DNA of 64,000 nucleotides from Octopus vulgaris. Its lineage: Eukaryota. The notes beneath the pieces are model-generated. The model saw nothing but the letters and a program-made list of their open reading frames with translations. It did not search any database and had not been told where the DNA came from. Location of the stretch: contig OX597817.1 in the NCBI GenBank assembly GCA_951406725.2, forward strand, positions 120,714,001-120,778,000, written 5' to 3'. Shown piece after piece: positions 11,930 through 26,639 of the stretch. Within the stretch, counting starts at the first letter, position 1. Each line of letters opens with the position of its first letter. The position numbers and the translations under genes are program-made.

Positions 11930-12625
11930 ACTCTTAACATAAATCTCTGCCAGAAACAGCACAATTGCTATGTGGCACAAGATGCCTTTTGAATTATTGG
12001 TATAATCTATTCCATAGACTTTTGCACTGTTGCTGGGGTATGTTTGAAGACACTTTACCAAATGTGTCAAACAGCAAGACTGTAGGATTGAGTACCCTTC
12101 TTGTACACTTCTTGGCAGAATTTCTGATTTAAGCATGCCATATAACACCTCATAACTACTATTTTATTTTGGGAAATTTTCAGAAAATTTTTGTGTATTT
12201 CTGTCCTATACTCAAGAATTCAAATGATTATGAAAAATCAATTTTTTAAAAAAGTTTTGGAATTTTTATTTTTTTAAATCAGACAGTTCGAATTTTTTTG
12301 CTTAAATCCCAGCAATAGAATATTAAGTGTATTTATGGGGAGAAACATTGAAAAACATCAATGCATCAGAGTGACAAACAAACAAGGATGGTATCAGGTC
12401 ATCGTGAGGTGTGCTAAAAATAACAGCTAAATAGTCCTTAAATCACACACAAAGAAATCTTTTTTGTGGGGGTGGGGTGCATAATCATATGAATTCCCAT
12501 GTGTAGAAAACAAATTTACAAAATATTTCTGAAAATTCCATAAGATAAAAAGTTATGAGGGGTTATATGGTGTACTGAAAGCAAAATTCCACCCACTTCT
12601 TAACTGTTTTGTCACGCTTGTGTTT
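11930..12625 (-). mobile_element. DNA transposon remnant; possible Merlin/ISXO2-type transposase tail plus inverted repeats
   Basis: Minus strand CKSLWNRLYQ*FKRH then, after frameshifts, FLAE-FMLR. Inverted repeat ccatataacacctcataact (12138) / agttatgaggggttatatgg (12551). Confidence 0.35.
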
Positions 12626-13122
12626 ACATTGCTCACACATTTACATTGATTTAATTTCAGTATTTTTTAAAGCTCTATCAAAAACTGTGGATTTCCTGAA
12701 GGATATAAATTTTGCTGACAGCATATAAATTACTCTCTGTCACTCATTAACAAAACACATTGAATATGAGAACAGAAAGTTATTTTTGATTGATTTTAAA
12801 GTGCTAGACAAATTATAATTTATTGTTGCTAAAGAAATGATGAGATGATGAGAAATTAATATCTTACAATATAATTATTGTTTCTTTTAATTTTCTTTGG
12901 AGGCTTAATTGATAGTTATTTTACACAACTTTGTTATGTTGCTATGTTCTACACTTATACACATTATTGTATCATATATTTATACAACATAACTGTTTTA
13001 CTCTTCTATTAATAAATACTAAGGTATCTTTATTTGTAACTTGTGCTGTATCTTATACACCAGACTCTGTGCTAAAATCTATGACTAAATGTTTTGCTTC
13101 TTAAAACTGAATTTTAAACAAA

Positions 13123-13705
13123 GGCATGAGAGTGCCAGTCTGGTAAGAGGTTTGCTTCCCAACCACATGGTTGTGGGTTCGGTCCAACTGTGTGGCAACT
13201 TGGGCAAGTGTCTTCTACTATATCCTTGGGCTGTCTGAAGCTTTTTGAGTGGATTTGATAGATAGAAAGTAGACAGAAGTGAATCAAAAAAGAAAAAAAG
13301 AAAGGTGGCAAGCTGGCAGAAACGTTAGCACGCCAGACGAAAAACTCAGCAGTATTTCGTCTACAGCTACATTCTGAGTTCAAATTCCGCCGAAGTCGAC
13401 TTTGCCTTTCATCCTTTTGGGGTCGATTAAATAAGTACCAGTTACACACTGGAGTCGATATAATCGACTTAACCTGTTTGTTTGTTCTTGTTTGTTCCCT
13501 CTGTGTGTAGCCCCTTGTGGGCAGTAAAGAAATAAGAAAGTGAAAGAAGCCTGTCATATATATATGTATATGTATATAACTATGTGTGTGTGTGTCTTTG
13601 TTTGCCCTTCAATCTCACTTGGCAACTAGTGTTGGTGTGTCTATGTACCTGTAAATTAGTGGTTCAGCAAAAGAGACCAATAGGATAAGTACCAGGCTTA
13701 AAAAA
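13123..13705 (+). mobile_element. SINE family A interrupted by a family B SINE
   Basis: tRNA-like head (tggtaagaggtttgcttcccaaccacatgg...gggttcggtcc) and CORE-like cttgggcaagtgtctt; host sequence resumes at ~13538. Confidence 0.85.
13302..13537 (+). mobile_element. SINE family B, full length (Deu/Nin-domain-like)
   Basis: aaggtggcaagctggcagaaacgttagc...gagttcaaattcc (B box)...gcctttcatccttttggggtcgat...aagtaccag...aaagaaataaga. Confidence 0.9.
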
Positions 13706-13904
13706 TTAAAACAACAAGAATGCGTATATTGAGCTCTACACTTGGTTATTAGTCTCGCAATGCCTACGCAATATTGCCAGATCAGACTGGAGACTAGTGC
13801 AGCTTCCTGGCTTGCCAGTCCCAGTCAAACCGTCCAACCTATGCCAGCATGGAAAACAGATGCCAAACGATGATGATGATATATATATGATATATTTATA
13901 TAAA

Positions 13905-13943
<39 letters not shown>

Positions 13944-14050
13944 TATATGGATATATATACATATATGGATATATGTATATATATGTGTGTATGTGCATCT
14001 ATGTGCATATGTGCATGTATATGTGTGTGCATATATATAGTAAGTCAGCA

Positions 14051-14193
14051 TGATAAGAAACTTGCTTCCTAATCACATGGTTCAAGGTTCAGTTCCACTG
14101 CATGGCATCTTGGGCAAGTGTCTTCTATAGCCTCAGGCTGACCAAAGCCTTGTGAGTGGATATGGTAGATGAAAACTGAAAGAAGCCCGTTGT

Positions 14194-14281
<88 letters not shown>

Positions 14282-14473
14282 TTGTGTGTCAGTGTTTGTT
14301 CCTCCACCATTGCATGACAACCGATGTTGGTGTGTTTATGTCTCCATAACTTAACAGTTCAGTAAAAGAGTACTAGGCTTACAGACAATAAAACCTGGAG
14401 TTGATTTGTTCAACTAAAGGTGGTGCTCCAGCATGGCCGCAGTCAAATGACTGAAACAAATAGAAGAATAAAA
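14051..14473 (+). mobile_element. SINE family A with internal (TA)/(TG) tract
   Basis: Colinear with 20084-20478. Confidence 0.9.
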
Positions 14474-14598
14474 AATAATCCCTTAGTATATGTATTTTAT
14501 ATATATATATATATATATTTCCTGAGCATTATACTAATACATCTGCGTGTTGTCTACACCACCTGTCTTCGTCTTTTGTTTTTTTGTGAATTCTCCCC

Positions 14599-14637
<39 letters not shown>

Positions 14638-16141
14638 TATACATTACATCTTACTAAATATTTCATTTATTTTATAAGTTTGTTAGCATCATTGAAAGAA
14701 TCATAACTTCTCTATTTCCTGCCAATGTTATTCAGAAGGGTCATTTACTCCTATGGTTAAAATATTCCTCTGTAACAACAATTAAACCATGCTGTGCTTA
14801 AAAAATTGAGAATGAGATATAGTTTCAGTGAGATATTATCTCAAGAATAAAGACTCTGAAGCCTACTTTTCACCCTTTTAAACATCTTAGAAAAGCAAAC
14901 AATAAATCTGTCGCAAGAAATACTTAGAATTTATAAATTAGATTTAAAATTATTGCCTCCAATTTTATTTGTATTCAAAGGTAATTATAAAAGATTAAGA
15001 GAAGCAGATTTCATTTTGAAACTACTTCTGTTCAATTCAGGAAAAAAAAAAAAAAAACCATAATGAGAAAAGTGTCATAATAATGTGATTTTATCTTAAT
15101 GCAAAGAAAAAAAAATAATAATAATTTTAGAATAACTGCCAGAAAAAAAAAAGAGAAAATAAAAATGGAAGTGGGGGTGAATTCATAATTTTGTTTTTAA
15201 TATATCTCAAATTGTTATTCCACCAGCTATGCAATTAAAATTTTTGAACATTAAAAAAGAAATGGCTAGTAAAATAACAAAAAAAAAGGCAAAAGTAAAA
15301 GAATCAAGTAAACAAACAAAGAATGGCAAAACATGGAATAACAATAAAAATAAATGAATGTTCAATATGTTTGAATGCTTTTTGGCTAAAGCAAACACAA
15401 TATTCCATTATAAAGTTACTGAGACTATAACATGTACATTAAGTGATTTAAATTCTTAAATCCTCCCAAGTTTCTGCTTAATGTGCTAAAATATATCATC
15501 TTTAGATGACAGCAGTGCGTTTTTTTTAAAAAGAAGTAGTTATTCATGGCATTACTAAACCAATTTATGTGACTCTAATAACACTGTTGAGAAGATATGC
15601 ATGAAAGCTTATTGTCATGCTGCTATAAAAGAATGCATTACAAGTCAATGAGGGAGCCTCTATGAGTTTGCTTGATCTAACTACCAAAATCTCCTTCAAA
15701 TCACATCACTGCACTGTCTTAAAAAAAATAATGCATCTAATATTAACACTGGTTTCCAAGGTAAAAACATGCCTTGAAGAACAAGGATGGAGTGCTAACA
15801 GGAAGAAAAATGAAACACATACACAGAAAAACCCCAAATGTTAAATGAACAGATGAATATATGTATATGTAAGGAATATAATGAAATATAAAATTATATA
15901 TATGTATTAATACATGCATACATACATACATACATACATACGTACATGCATACATACATATATATACACATGCATACATACATACATAAATACATATATA
16001 CATATGTATAAATGCAATGTTCAATATGTATGTATACATGTATAACTGTAATATATATTTACACACACACACACATAAACACATACATACATACATACAT
16101 AGATAGATAGAGAGAGAGAGACAGATAGACAGACAGACAGA

Positions 16142-17210
16142 TTGATAATAGTTCTCCAAGCTACATTAGAAGAGTTAAAGATCAGCTATTCATGGAAATC
16201 CTGTATGCTGATGATATATAGAAGAGTCAGTGAAAGACTCAGAAGTGAAATTCCAGAGGCAGAAGCAAAACCTGGAATCGAAAGGTTTCAGGGTAGTAAA
16301 CTTAATAAACACCAAAGTTTCAGTATGTAGTGTAGAAGACAGGACACTACTGCCATCAAGGAAATGACCATACATAATATTTAGAAAAAGGGTTGGTAGA
16401 AACTTCATATGGTGAATTGTGGTCACAGACTTGATGATGGTGAAAAAGGTTTTGTGCACAGCAGATGTACAGGAGAGGTTAGCAATCAATGCAGTTGTAC
16501 TACAAATTCCCTTCCGTGTTCAAGAGGGTCTATAGAAGTAATTGATAGCAGTGTAATTGTCATTGAAAGAGTGCGCTTTGAAAGTATAGTAGATAGAGTT
16601 GAAAAGTTCAGTGGGATATTACCTCTGCTGGTAGCAAAGGGATTCTTTCTTCTGGCTGAGAGTAGATTGTATGCTCCAGGGATACAGGCATCCAGCAACA
16701 GGACCTCCGTAATGCTATGATGGACTGTGAAGTCTGGCGTAGCATGGTAAATTCCACTGTCTCGATCACGGTCGAACAATGATGATGATGATGCTACATC
16801 ATCATGATGTGGGTACTGACATGCAAAAACTGGAGGGAAATGAAGCAATCATGCTACAATGGATGTATAATGCCACTAAGCATGAATGACATGATACAGA
16901 TGAGCTGATAGATAAACTAGATATAAGAGGAATCAGTTGCTGTGTGAAAGAATGGAAACTGCACTAACAGGGATGTGATGCATGTTGGAAAAAAGAGATG
17001 GGTAAATAAGGGCCACGATATCCAAGTGGAAAGAAATTGTGAAAGTAGAAGACTAGGAAGAGATGTGCAAAAGTAGTAAAAGCTGGTTTCAAGAATTTTT
17101 TGTTTTTGGCCCTCACAAAGGAAATGGCAAAGAACATAAGAAATAGCAAGATACTTCTGTGGAAAGGAATCATCCAACCCATGCAACCATGGGAAAGTGT
17201 ACATAAAATA
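16142..17210 (+). mobile_element. RTE-clade LINE, decayed RT to 3' end
   Basis: IIVLQAT.EELK, ctgtatgctgatgat (LYADD), KFSGILPLLVAKG..L.AESRLY, NEAIMLQWM; ends with ccaacccatgcaaccatggga. Confidence 0.8.
16674..16792 (+). mobile_element. 3' end of a second RTE-type LINE nested in the first
   Basis: GIQQQDLRNAMMDCEVWRSMV followed by a (GAT)n tail; it interrupts the host ORF. Confidence 0.6.
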
Positions 17211-17503
17211 TGAGGAGGATAACGATAATATATATTGACCACTGTACCTATTTCATAGAGCTCTATTTACCAAATGTCTTAGGTTTTAAGTTATCCATTA
17301 ACTTAAGGAGTCACTACTCTAGTAAGCCTTAACTCAGAAACAAACACACACACACATATGTATACTGTAGGTATATGTGGGTGGCTGTGTATGTGTGTAT
17401 ATATTTAGTTATGTGTCTTTTATGTCTGTGCATCATATGTGTGTGCGTGTGTAAATATATATATATACACACACACATATACACACATACACGCACACAC
17501 ACG

Positions 17504-17540
<37 letters not shown>

Positions 17541-19036
17541 CTTTGTATATGTATATATATATATGTATATACATGTATGTAAATAAATGCTTTTATGACT
17601 ATAAATTTTACACTCACACACATGTATATATTTTTTCCTCCTTTATTTTTGTGTCTTATCCAGGATTTTCCACCTCAAAGAGTTTGTGCTAACATTAATA
17701 TTGCTTCTACTGATAGTCATCTTGTGTCAGTAGTTACAATCATAAACATGCTGATCAGTGTAAAATCTCTGTGATTTATGGCCTTTTCAGCACAGTTCTC
17801 ATTGTCTAGAAGCCTCAAAAACACATGAGTGTAAAATCCTACCAACACTTTGCGAAGGGAAAGAAAAAACAATACGAAGTAAAATATAATCTATACTTTG
17901 GAGGTGAGAATAGCCTTGAGTTAAATGCTATGATTTCTGCTTAAATGGTCCTATTATTTCAAGCAGCCTGATGCAATTATTGGTAAGCATAGAATAAACT
18001 AGATGAAAAAAATGGAAGCAAAATTTTTTGTGCACTGAACATGAGAGAAGATTTTTAAAACATTCTCTCATTGGATTTTATTTTAGAAACTAAATTTTAT
18101 TTTTCAACTTTTTTACATTATTGCCATATTATTTTTCCTTTCTTTCTTTCTTCCTTTCTTTCTTTCTTGCTTGCTTTTTCTGATTTTCTTCTATCACTTA
18201 CACAGTCTTGAACATATATGCATCCAAACACTTGCACAGACATTCACTCACACACACACACACACACACACGTACATACATATGTATCAACAAATACATG
18301 CATACACATGCAAATAGATAATCAATCAATCAGTGACTAATTTAAACTTTTAAAATAAATATATATGAAATCATTCATCATGATTGGAAAGCAGGAAATT
18401 GATAGAGAAATTGGGATGATCGGGGGTTGAGGACAACACTAACTCAATATACATTTGTTGAAGTCATTTGAAAAAAAAAAAAAGATTTCTGAGTTAATAC
18501 TTATTTAAAAGTATTTTATTCACTTTTATTTATAGATTTTAATATTTTACATGGATGATAAAAAATTAAAAACAAAAAATAAGATGCATTTCAACCCAGC
18601 TTTCCATAATATAACAATATATTTATTTTTATCTTCTGTTGTGATTTTTTTTTTAAATTTAAAAGGGAAATTCAGTAAAAAATAATAATGGAATAAAATA
18701 TAAATAGCTTATAGATCTGTTTATTTTTAATGTAAAATTTCTTTGAAGAAAAGTGAAATAATAGAATATTGGACTTATGTGAAAACTTGGTGCATTGAAG
18801 CTGAACAAAATTGGCTTTTCATATGTTGATCAGTATTTTTAGAGTGAAGAAGGTATTTGGAACTTTAAAATTATTTGTTAAGGGAAGAAAATAACAGCCC
18901 CTTGGAATACTTTGTAACACACACACACACACATATATTTATAGATATATCATATATATATCATATATGTATATATATGTGCATATATACATATATATAT
19001 AAATATATATATATATTTATTTATTTATTCATATAT

Positions 19037-19095
<59 letters not shown>

Positions 19096-19210
19096 GGGGG
19101 GTGCATATGTGTGATTATATGTGTATGCATATGTATGTGTATATAGATATATATATATGTATGTATATATGTATGTATACATGTTTGCATATATATATGT
19201 GTGTATGTGC

Positions 19211-19251
<41 letters not shown>

Positions 19252-20083
19252 ATACATGTAAATATATAACTGAGTGCATGCATGCATATATATGCGTATA
19301 TGTATATGTGTATATTTGAGTGATTATATGTGTATGTATATATATTTATATATATATATATGTATACATGCTGGACTACATGTCTGTGTGTATGTCTGTG
19401 TGTGTGTGCATGTATGTGTGTATACATATATATATGCTTGTACGCACACACACACACACACATACACACATCAGAGTGGGTTGAATGACTAAAACAAAGT
19501 GTAGTTTATTGATTTGAGGAGTGTTTAAGTGTTACTGAATATGTACTGAGGGTAATTCTATAGAAGATATTTGCATGAGTATAGAAAAGATAACTTTGGT
19601 AAACAAGAGTTGCTATTTAGGAATCCAGTACTAAGTGTTCTTGGAGAGGAAGATTGCTTAGTGTTACATAATAAAATATTGATGACCAAATAGGATTTAA
19701 AATATTATTTCTAAAAGAAGTTATCAATTCTCTTTTCAAAATAATAATATTTGCCATCAGTTAGGATCTTGTCTTATAATATTGTTTTTTTTATACACTG
19801 AGGAAAATGAATGAAACAGCACAGCTTATAAAATAATATTCAGCTGTATCATCACCACCATCATTGCCATCATCATCATCATCATTGTTGTCTTAATGTT
19901 CACTTTTCCATACCTACATGGGTCGAATGGAATTTTTTTGCAGCAGATTTTCTATGGCCGAATGCCCTAACTTCACTCATTTTCAAACAAAGGTAATATT
20001 TCCCCATGACTAGACACCTTTCTGCAGAGTATTGGAAGTGAAGGACACCGCCTGCATGATGGTGACATTTGTTTACAACTATA

Positions 20084-20478
20084 GGCGCAGGAGTGGCTGT
20101 GTGGTAAGTAGCTTGCTTACAAACCACATGGTTTCAGGTTCAGTCCCACCTCATGGCACCTTGCGCAAATGTCTTCTACTATAGCCTTGGGCCAACCAAA
20201 GCCTTGTGAGTAGATTTGGTAGACGGAAAAGCCCATCGTATTTATGTATATATGTGTGTGTGTGTGTGTTTGTATGTCTATATTTGTCCCCCCAACATTG
20301 CTTGACAATCGATGCTGGTGTGTTTATGTCCCCATAACTTAGCGGTTCAGCAAAAGAGACCAATAGAATAAGTACTAGGCTTACAAAGAATAAATCCTGG
20401 GGTTGATTTGCTTGACTAAAGGCGGTGTTACAGCATGGCCGCAGTCAAATAACTGAAACAAGTAAAAGAGTTAAAGAG
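20084..20478 (+). mobile_element. SINE family A, full length
   Basis: ggcgcaggagtggctgtgtggtaag (A box), ggttcagtccc (B box), body, gtaaaagagttaaagag tail. Inserted into a minus-strand RTE-tail repeat (~19850-20520). Confidence 0.92.
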
Positions 20479-22071
20479 AATATCAAGCAATGTCATTTCA
20501 AGGAGGCAGTAACACACACAAACACACGCACGCATGCACGCTCATGTGCGCACATATACACAAGGAAAGTTATGTACCATCATAGAGGTAAGCTGTCCAG
20601 TTGATAAGGATATCTCTTTGAAAATCAAAGAGAAAGAGGATATAACTATGGACAACTGCTTCGAAACTTCCAGCTTCTATATCCAGATTATAAATTCACA
20701 TTTATACTAATAACAATAATTGGTGCACTTGGTTTTGTGAGCAAATGCCTAAGTGGTAATCTGGATAAGCTAGGGTTTTCAGAAAAAGAAATCTGCCCAC
20801 TAACTCACACATTGTAAATACAATCTGTAAGTGGAACAGCAAAAATATGCAAGACTTTCTCCAGTTTAAAATGTGACTTCATTTTTGTTATCTGCATTCC
20901 AACAGTGGAGTTTTGTATCTTTGTTAGAAACTAGCATCTTTCTCAGAGAAAGAATTCAAATAATTAAAAACAGAATGAACACACACACACACACACACAC
21001 ACACGCACGCATACACACACACACATACATACATACACACACACACAGACACACTCACACACAGTGGACTTCTTTCAGGTTTTCCTGGGTCTGGAAGAAT
21101 GATCAAAAGGCATTTTAGCATTGACCCTGTCATGTTTTTAGCGATTCTTTGGATTACATTATCCATCATGCCTTTCACTTGTTTTAAGTTATTAGGGTGT
21201 GATTTGGAGGATATCGAGGTATTTGTCTGCTTGTTTAGAAAGTCAATGATCATGTAAAGGCTTTCTCTCTGGCCTACATTTTGTTGCTGGTGGAAAAAAC
21301 AACTACAAATTACAAATTTCATAATATTTTGCTCAGTGTTTCTTTGTACTCATTTTAAATTCTGACTGAGCCCAACTCAATTTTACTTCAACATATCTCT
21401 AAAACCATATCATTAAATATTAGTACAAAATGTGGTGAATGGTTGGTTGTGACAATTCAATTGCCTATAGCTCTCTTTTAAAAGAATTCCTATTGTTCCT
21501 AGTTAAACAATGTCAATATTTGCAATATCTCCATCAATAATGCCATTGTTTGCTCAATTTGATAAGAACTAAGAAAAGAAAAAAAGTAATATTTGAAAAA
21601 AAAAAGCGTTATTAAGAAAACCAGTCAAAATTTATCAAATTATGTAATTTCCGAATTACTGGGTTTGTAAATATTATCTTTAAAATAATCAGCAGCTCTT
21701 ATTACCATTACAAGCTATCTTAATGAGAAGAAGAAAGTGAGGAGAGACAAAGGGAAAGAGGGGGAGAGAGGGAGAAGAGAGAGAAATGGAAATAAAGTAA
21801 AAACAAAACAGAGCAAGGGAGGAATTAGAGTTTTAATGTAGAACAGCTGAGTGGTTAAGATATAAGGCTTTTAAACATGGTTTCTTGGGTTCAAACTTTA
21901 GACTACATGTGAGTATTTATGTAGGAAATTTAAAAAGAAAAACAAACACAGTAAACTCACAAATAATACCTAAATAGCATTTTATGTGCAATATGACTTA
22001 GCTGATATTTTGGATCCAACTTTGGATCTGATCCAACACTACACAGAAAGTGTACTGATATTTATAGCTCT

Positions 22072-22250
22072 AAGGCAGTGAGCTGGCAGTACTGTTAGCA
22101 TGCAGTGAAAAATGTTTAGCATTTCATGTGGCTTTATGTTCTGAGTTCAAATGCAACCAGGGTTGACTTTGCTTTTCATTCTTTTAGGGTCGATGAAATA
22201 AGCACAAACTGAACACTGGAAAGCTACTGACCTTTTGTCAAATTTTGAGA
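22072..22250 (+). mobile_element. SINE family B
   Basis: aaggcagtgagctggcag...ctgagttcaaat...gactttgcttttcattc. Confidence 0.8.
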
Positions 22251-22310
22251 CTGATAGTATTTATAACTTTATCTACTTTAAGTTCTACCATTCAAACTGA
22301 TTTAATTCAA

Positions 22311-22349
<39 letters not shown>

Positions 22350-22494
22350 GAGAGAGAGATGTACTTGCATAGCAAGTGACTTGATCTGAGATTGTATACT
22401 GAAACAAAAACAATTGCAACATGAAAGATGCTTATAAGCCATTTAAGAACTCACAAAAACCGTTAGATTCACTTCAACATTTAAATTTAATTTG

Positions 22495-22542
22495 TGTCAA
22501 AATATTTTCATCTCTTTGGGAACCGTAACCTGTTCACTGACA
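22495..22542 (-). ncRNA. Type I hammerhead-like motif with GUGAACA core
   Basis: TGTCA GTGAACA g GTTAC ggttcccaaa GAGAT GAA AA ta TT T TGACA. Confidence 0.65.
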
Positions 22543-22565
22543 AAACTTTGTGCTGCATGAAGCTT

Positions 22566-22612
22566 TGTCAGTGAACGTGTCACAGTTTCAAAGCGATGAA
22601 AATATTTTGACA
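22566..22612 (+). ncRNA. Type I hammerhead-like motif with GUGAAC(G) core
   Basis: TGTCA GTGAACG t GTCAC agtttcaaa GCGAT GAA AA ta TT T TGACA. Confidence 0.6.
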
Positions 22613-24029
22613 CAAATTAAATTTAAATGTTGAAGTGAATCTAATGGTCTTTTTGTGAGTTCTTAAAAGGCTTATAAACATCTTCCATGCTGCAACTGTT
22701 TTATATATATGCACACATATGCTCTGTCTGTCTCTCTGTCTCTCTGACACACATACACATACAAATACACACACACACACATATATGTATATATACATAT
22801 GTATAAAAGAAAAATCCAGGGGAATAATTACAAGGTAGCTAAATGTTGCTTAAGTGTCCCAGTATTTATATATACACACATGGACATACGCTGTATTAAA
22901 GGTGTTCAAGACTGACAACAGGAACATTTTCTGATGAGAGGACCACAATATTGAGAGCTAAATTTATTATAAAATGTGGGTTGACTCACTTGGACATTAA
23001 GTTTTTGCCTTATCCAACCAGGCTGAAAAGGCCATCAGGTGAAACTTGAAGACTCAATCAACACAGATTTTTATACTAAGATATACATGTGTATATATAC
23101 AACACATCATCGTTATAGTTTTAATGTCTACTTTTCAATGGTTGCATGGGTTAGATGGGATTCAAAGGGACAGATTTTCCTGTTGATAGCCATTGTCTGT
23201 TTTCAAGAAAGGTAAAGTTTCTAAGATTAGAAATAGATGGCGCTACATGTGTGACAATGATGCTCTTTTACAACAATCATGCAAGGTCAAGACAACGTGA
23301 CACAACCAAACACACACTCACTCATATGTTGGGCCGATTTCAGCTTTCATTTACCAAATCCACTCACAAGGCTTTGATTGGCCTGATGCTAAAGTAGAAA
23401 GCTCTTAACCAATGTGTCACACACTTCTTAACTATAAAACCATGCCTATGCCTTTCCTAAAGCCATATAGTGTACTGGGTTCTTTTTTCCATGGTGCCAA
23501 CACTAATGATGTTACTATGTAACTCACAACAGGAAAAGGCCTTCTTTACTGAGTGGAAGTATAGATGAAAAAAAAGGCCTTGTGCTAGGTATTGAGAGAG
23601 GGGTTGAAGTATGATAGAAGGGATATAAACAAGTTTGTCGCAGCTCTGCATTAGATAATGTTGGGTGAGAATAATTGGCATGCAGCTAGAAAGAGAGATA
23701 AAGATGGTGGTAGAAAGGTGTCAGAGAAAATCCTCATGAATAGAAGAGAATGAGAGAAACAACTGAGAGATGGAAGTTAGGGTGAATGTGGTGTATGATG
23801 AACAAGCGTGGAGGAATAGTCAGTGGTACACATGAGTGGTGGGAAGAGTTATACAAATGAGAAATTGGTTAATTTTATTTTATTTTAAGCCAATAAATAT
23901 TTTTCTTTTGAAAATTGGTATTAGTTTCAATGTTTTTTTTATAGGTGCCAAAAAACTTCACAAGAGTTAAATTATAATTATTGTCCTTGTGCCATTGTTT
24001 CTTGATGCTACCTATGGTAGCATTGCTTA

Positions 24030-25273
<1,244 letters not shown>

Positions 25274-26395
25274 CACATCCACTATTTAAGTAGATAGATG
25301 TTAAAATACAAATAGCATCCTAAACAATAAAAAGTTTCTTTAGAATTAGGCATGTCATCAGTAAGATGAAAATAGATATAATGACATAATATTCAAGTGT
25401 TCATGTTTCTGTAAGTCATTAGATATCTTATTATTGGAAATCAGTAAGAATTTGAAAAATTTTCAAAGAATTTGAAGGAAAGTTCCATGTTATAATCATA
25501 TTTAACATCTATCCAGCCAATATCGAGGCATTTTAAAGAATTAATGATGATTTATTCAAATATTCTGGCTGCTATCATTGGTTTGTATAGTTTATATTAT
25601 TCTGAATCCATAAGAAACTGAAGTAATGTTCCATGTTTTGAAGATAATTTTATGAATATCAAGAACATAGTAATTTCTCATATTATATAAACCTACATAT
25701 TTCAGCAACCAGAATATGGACCATGCTCAATGTTAAGGAAAAAGAACATAAAACTATAATATATATTATTATTATTAAATGTATTATACATGTATACATA
25801 TAAATTCTTCAGCACCACCTTAACTCTGTGTATATGTGTGTGCATTCACACATATTTTTCAGAGATATTAAATTCCTGGAGAGGTTTTAAATCCAGTAGG
25901 TACATGTTGTTTCAGTTCTTCTGTGTTTTTAAGGATTTTTTTTTTCCTGTAGCCTGGAGAATGGTGGGCTTTGATAGATCTTACTCTCCATGATACATGT
26001 AAAAAATTAGAGCTTTGTTTGCTGGTTAGATGCTTTAGGTTATTATTTATAATGTTATAATGGGATGATTATTAGATAACATATCTGATATGCTATGAAA
26101 CAAATGCAGATAACTCCCCATATATATCACCATCATCATTTTTTGAGCTTGAATGGATCAGATGGAATTTGTTCAGAGAGATTTTCTATTCCCTTCTTTT
26201 TGCCAACCCTGATCTGTTTTCAAGCAAGGTAATATTTCACTTCGACCAAGCTTGCTTTTCAGGGATATCAGGAAAGATTGAAAATGAACGATGCCACTTA
26301 TGTGACAGTGGTGCTCATTTACAACTATCACATGATGTCAAGGCAAGGGTACGCACATTTACACACACCCACATAATACAGTATGGTAGATGAGG

Positions 26396-26579
26396 CAATT
26401 AAATACATTATTTACGTTATTTACATTTGACGAATATTTGTCCTGATCCTGTTTGTTGTTAACACAATGTTGCGGCTGATATACCCTCCAGCCTTCATCA
26501 GGTGTCTTGGGAAAATTTCGAACCTGGGTTCTCATTCCCAAGGTATTTTTCGATGTTATTATTATTATCATCATTATTT

Positions 26580-26621
<42 letters not shown>

Positions 26622-26638
26622 TCACTGCCTGGAATCAA
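26396..26638 (-). mobile_element. Short element with hammerhead motif, internal (AAT)n and B-box remnant
   Basis: Minus strand TTGATTCCAGGCAGTGACC-(AAT)n-...GACAC CTGATGA a GGCTG gagggtatat CAGCC GcAA ca TT GTGTT...(gtaaataat)-type tail. Confidence 0.65.
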
Positions 26639-26639
26639 T

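Larger units (their letters stand above)
22359..22702. mobile_element. Fold-back + tail element with two variant (G3:C8) hammerhead motifs
   Basis: Arms 22407-22548 and 22560-22702 are inverted repeats; unpaired tail at 22359-22406; flanked by (TA)n/(GA)n. Confidence 0.85.

Noticed and set aside
13114-13557. 147-aa ORF similar to the ORF at 41446-41856
   Set aside because: The similarity comes from antisense translation of the same SINE family B.
16205-16215. CTGATGA motif (also at 26714-26720)
   Set aside because: These are the YADD/YSDD codons of RTE reverse transcriptase; no hammerhead stems are present.
20084-20160. SINE heads as tRNA genes
   Set aside because: A/B boxes are present but run into SINE bodies, and no complete cloverleaf forms.
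22931-23055. CTGATGAG at 22931 and CTGAAAA-GGCC..GGT-GAAA-CTTGAAG near 23023-23051
   Set aside because: Hammerhead-like fragments, but stem I and the UH triplet cannot be formed; too degraded to call.
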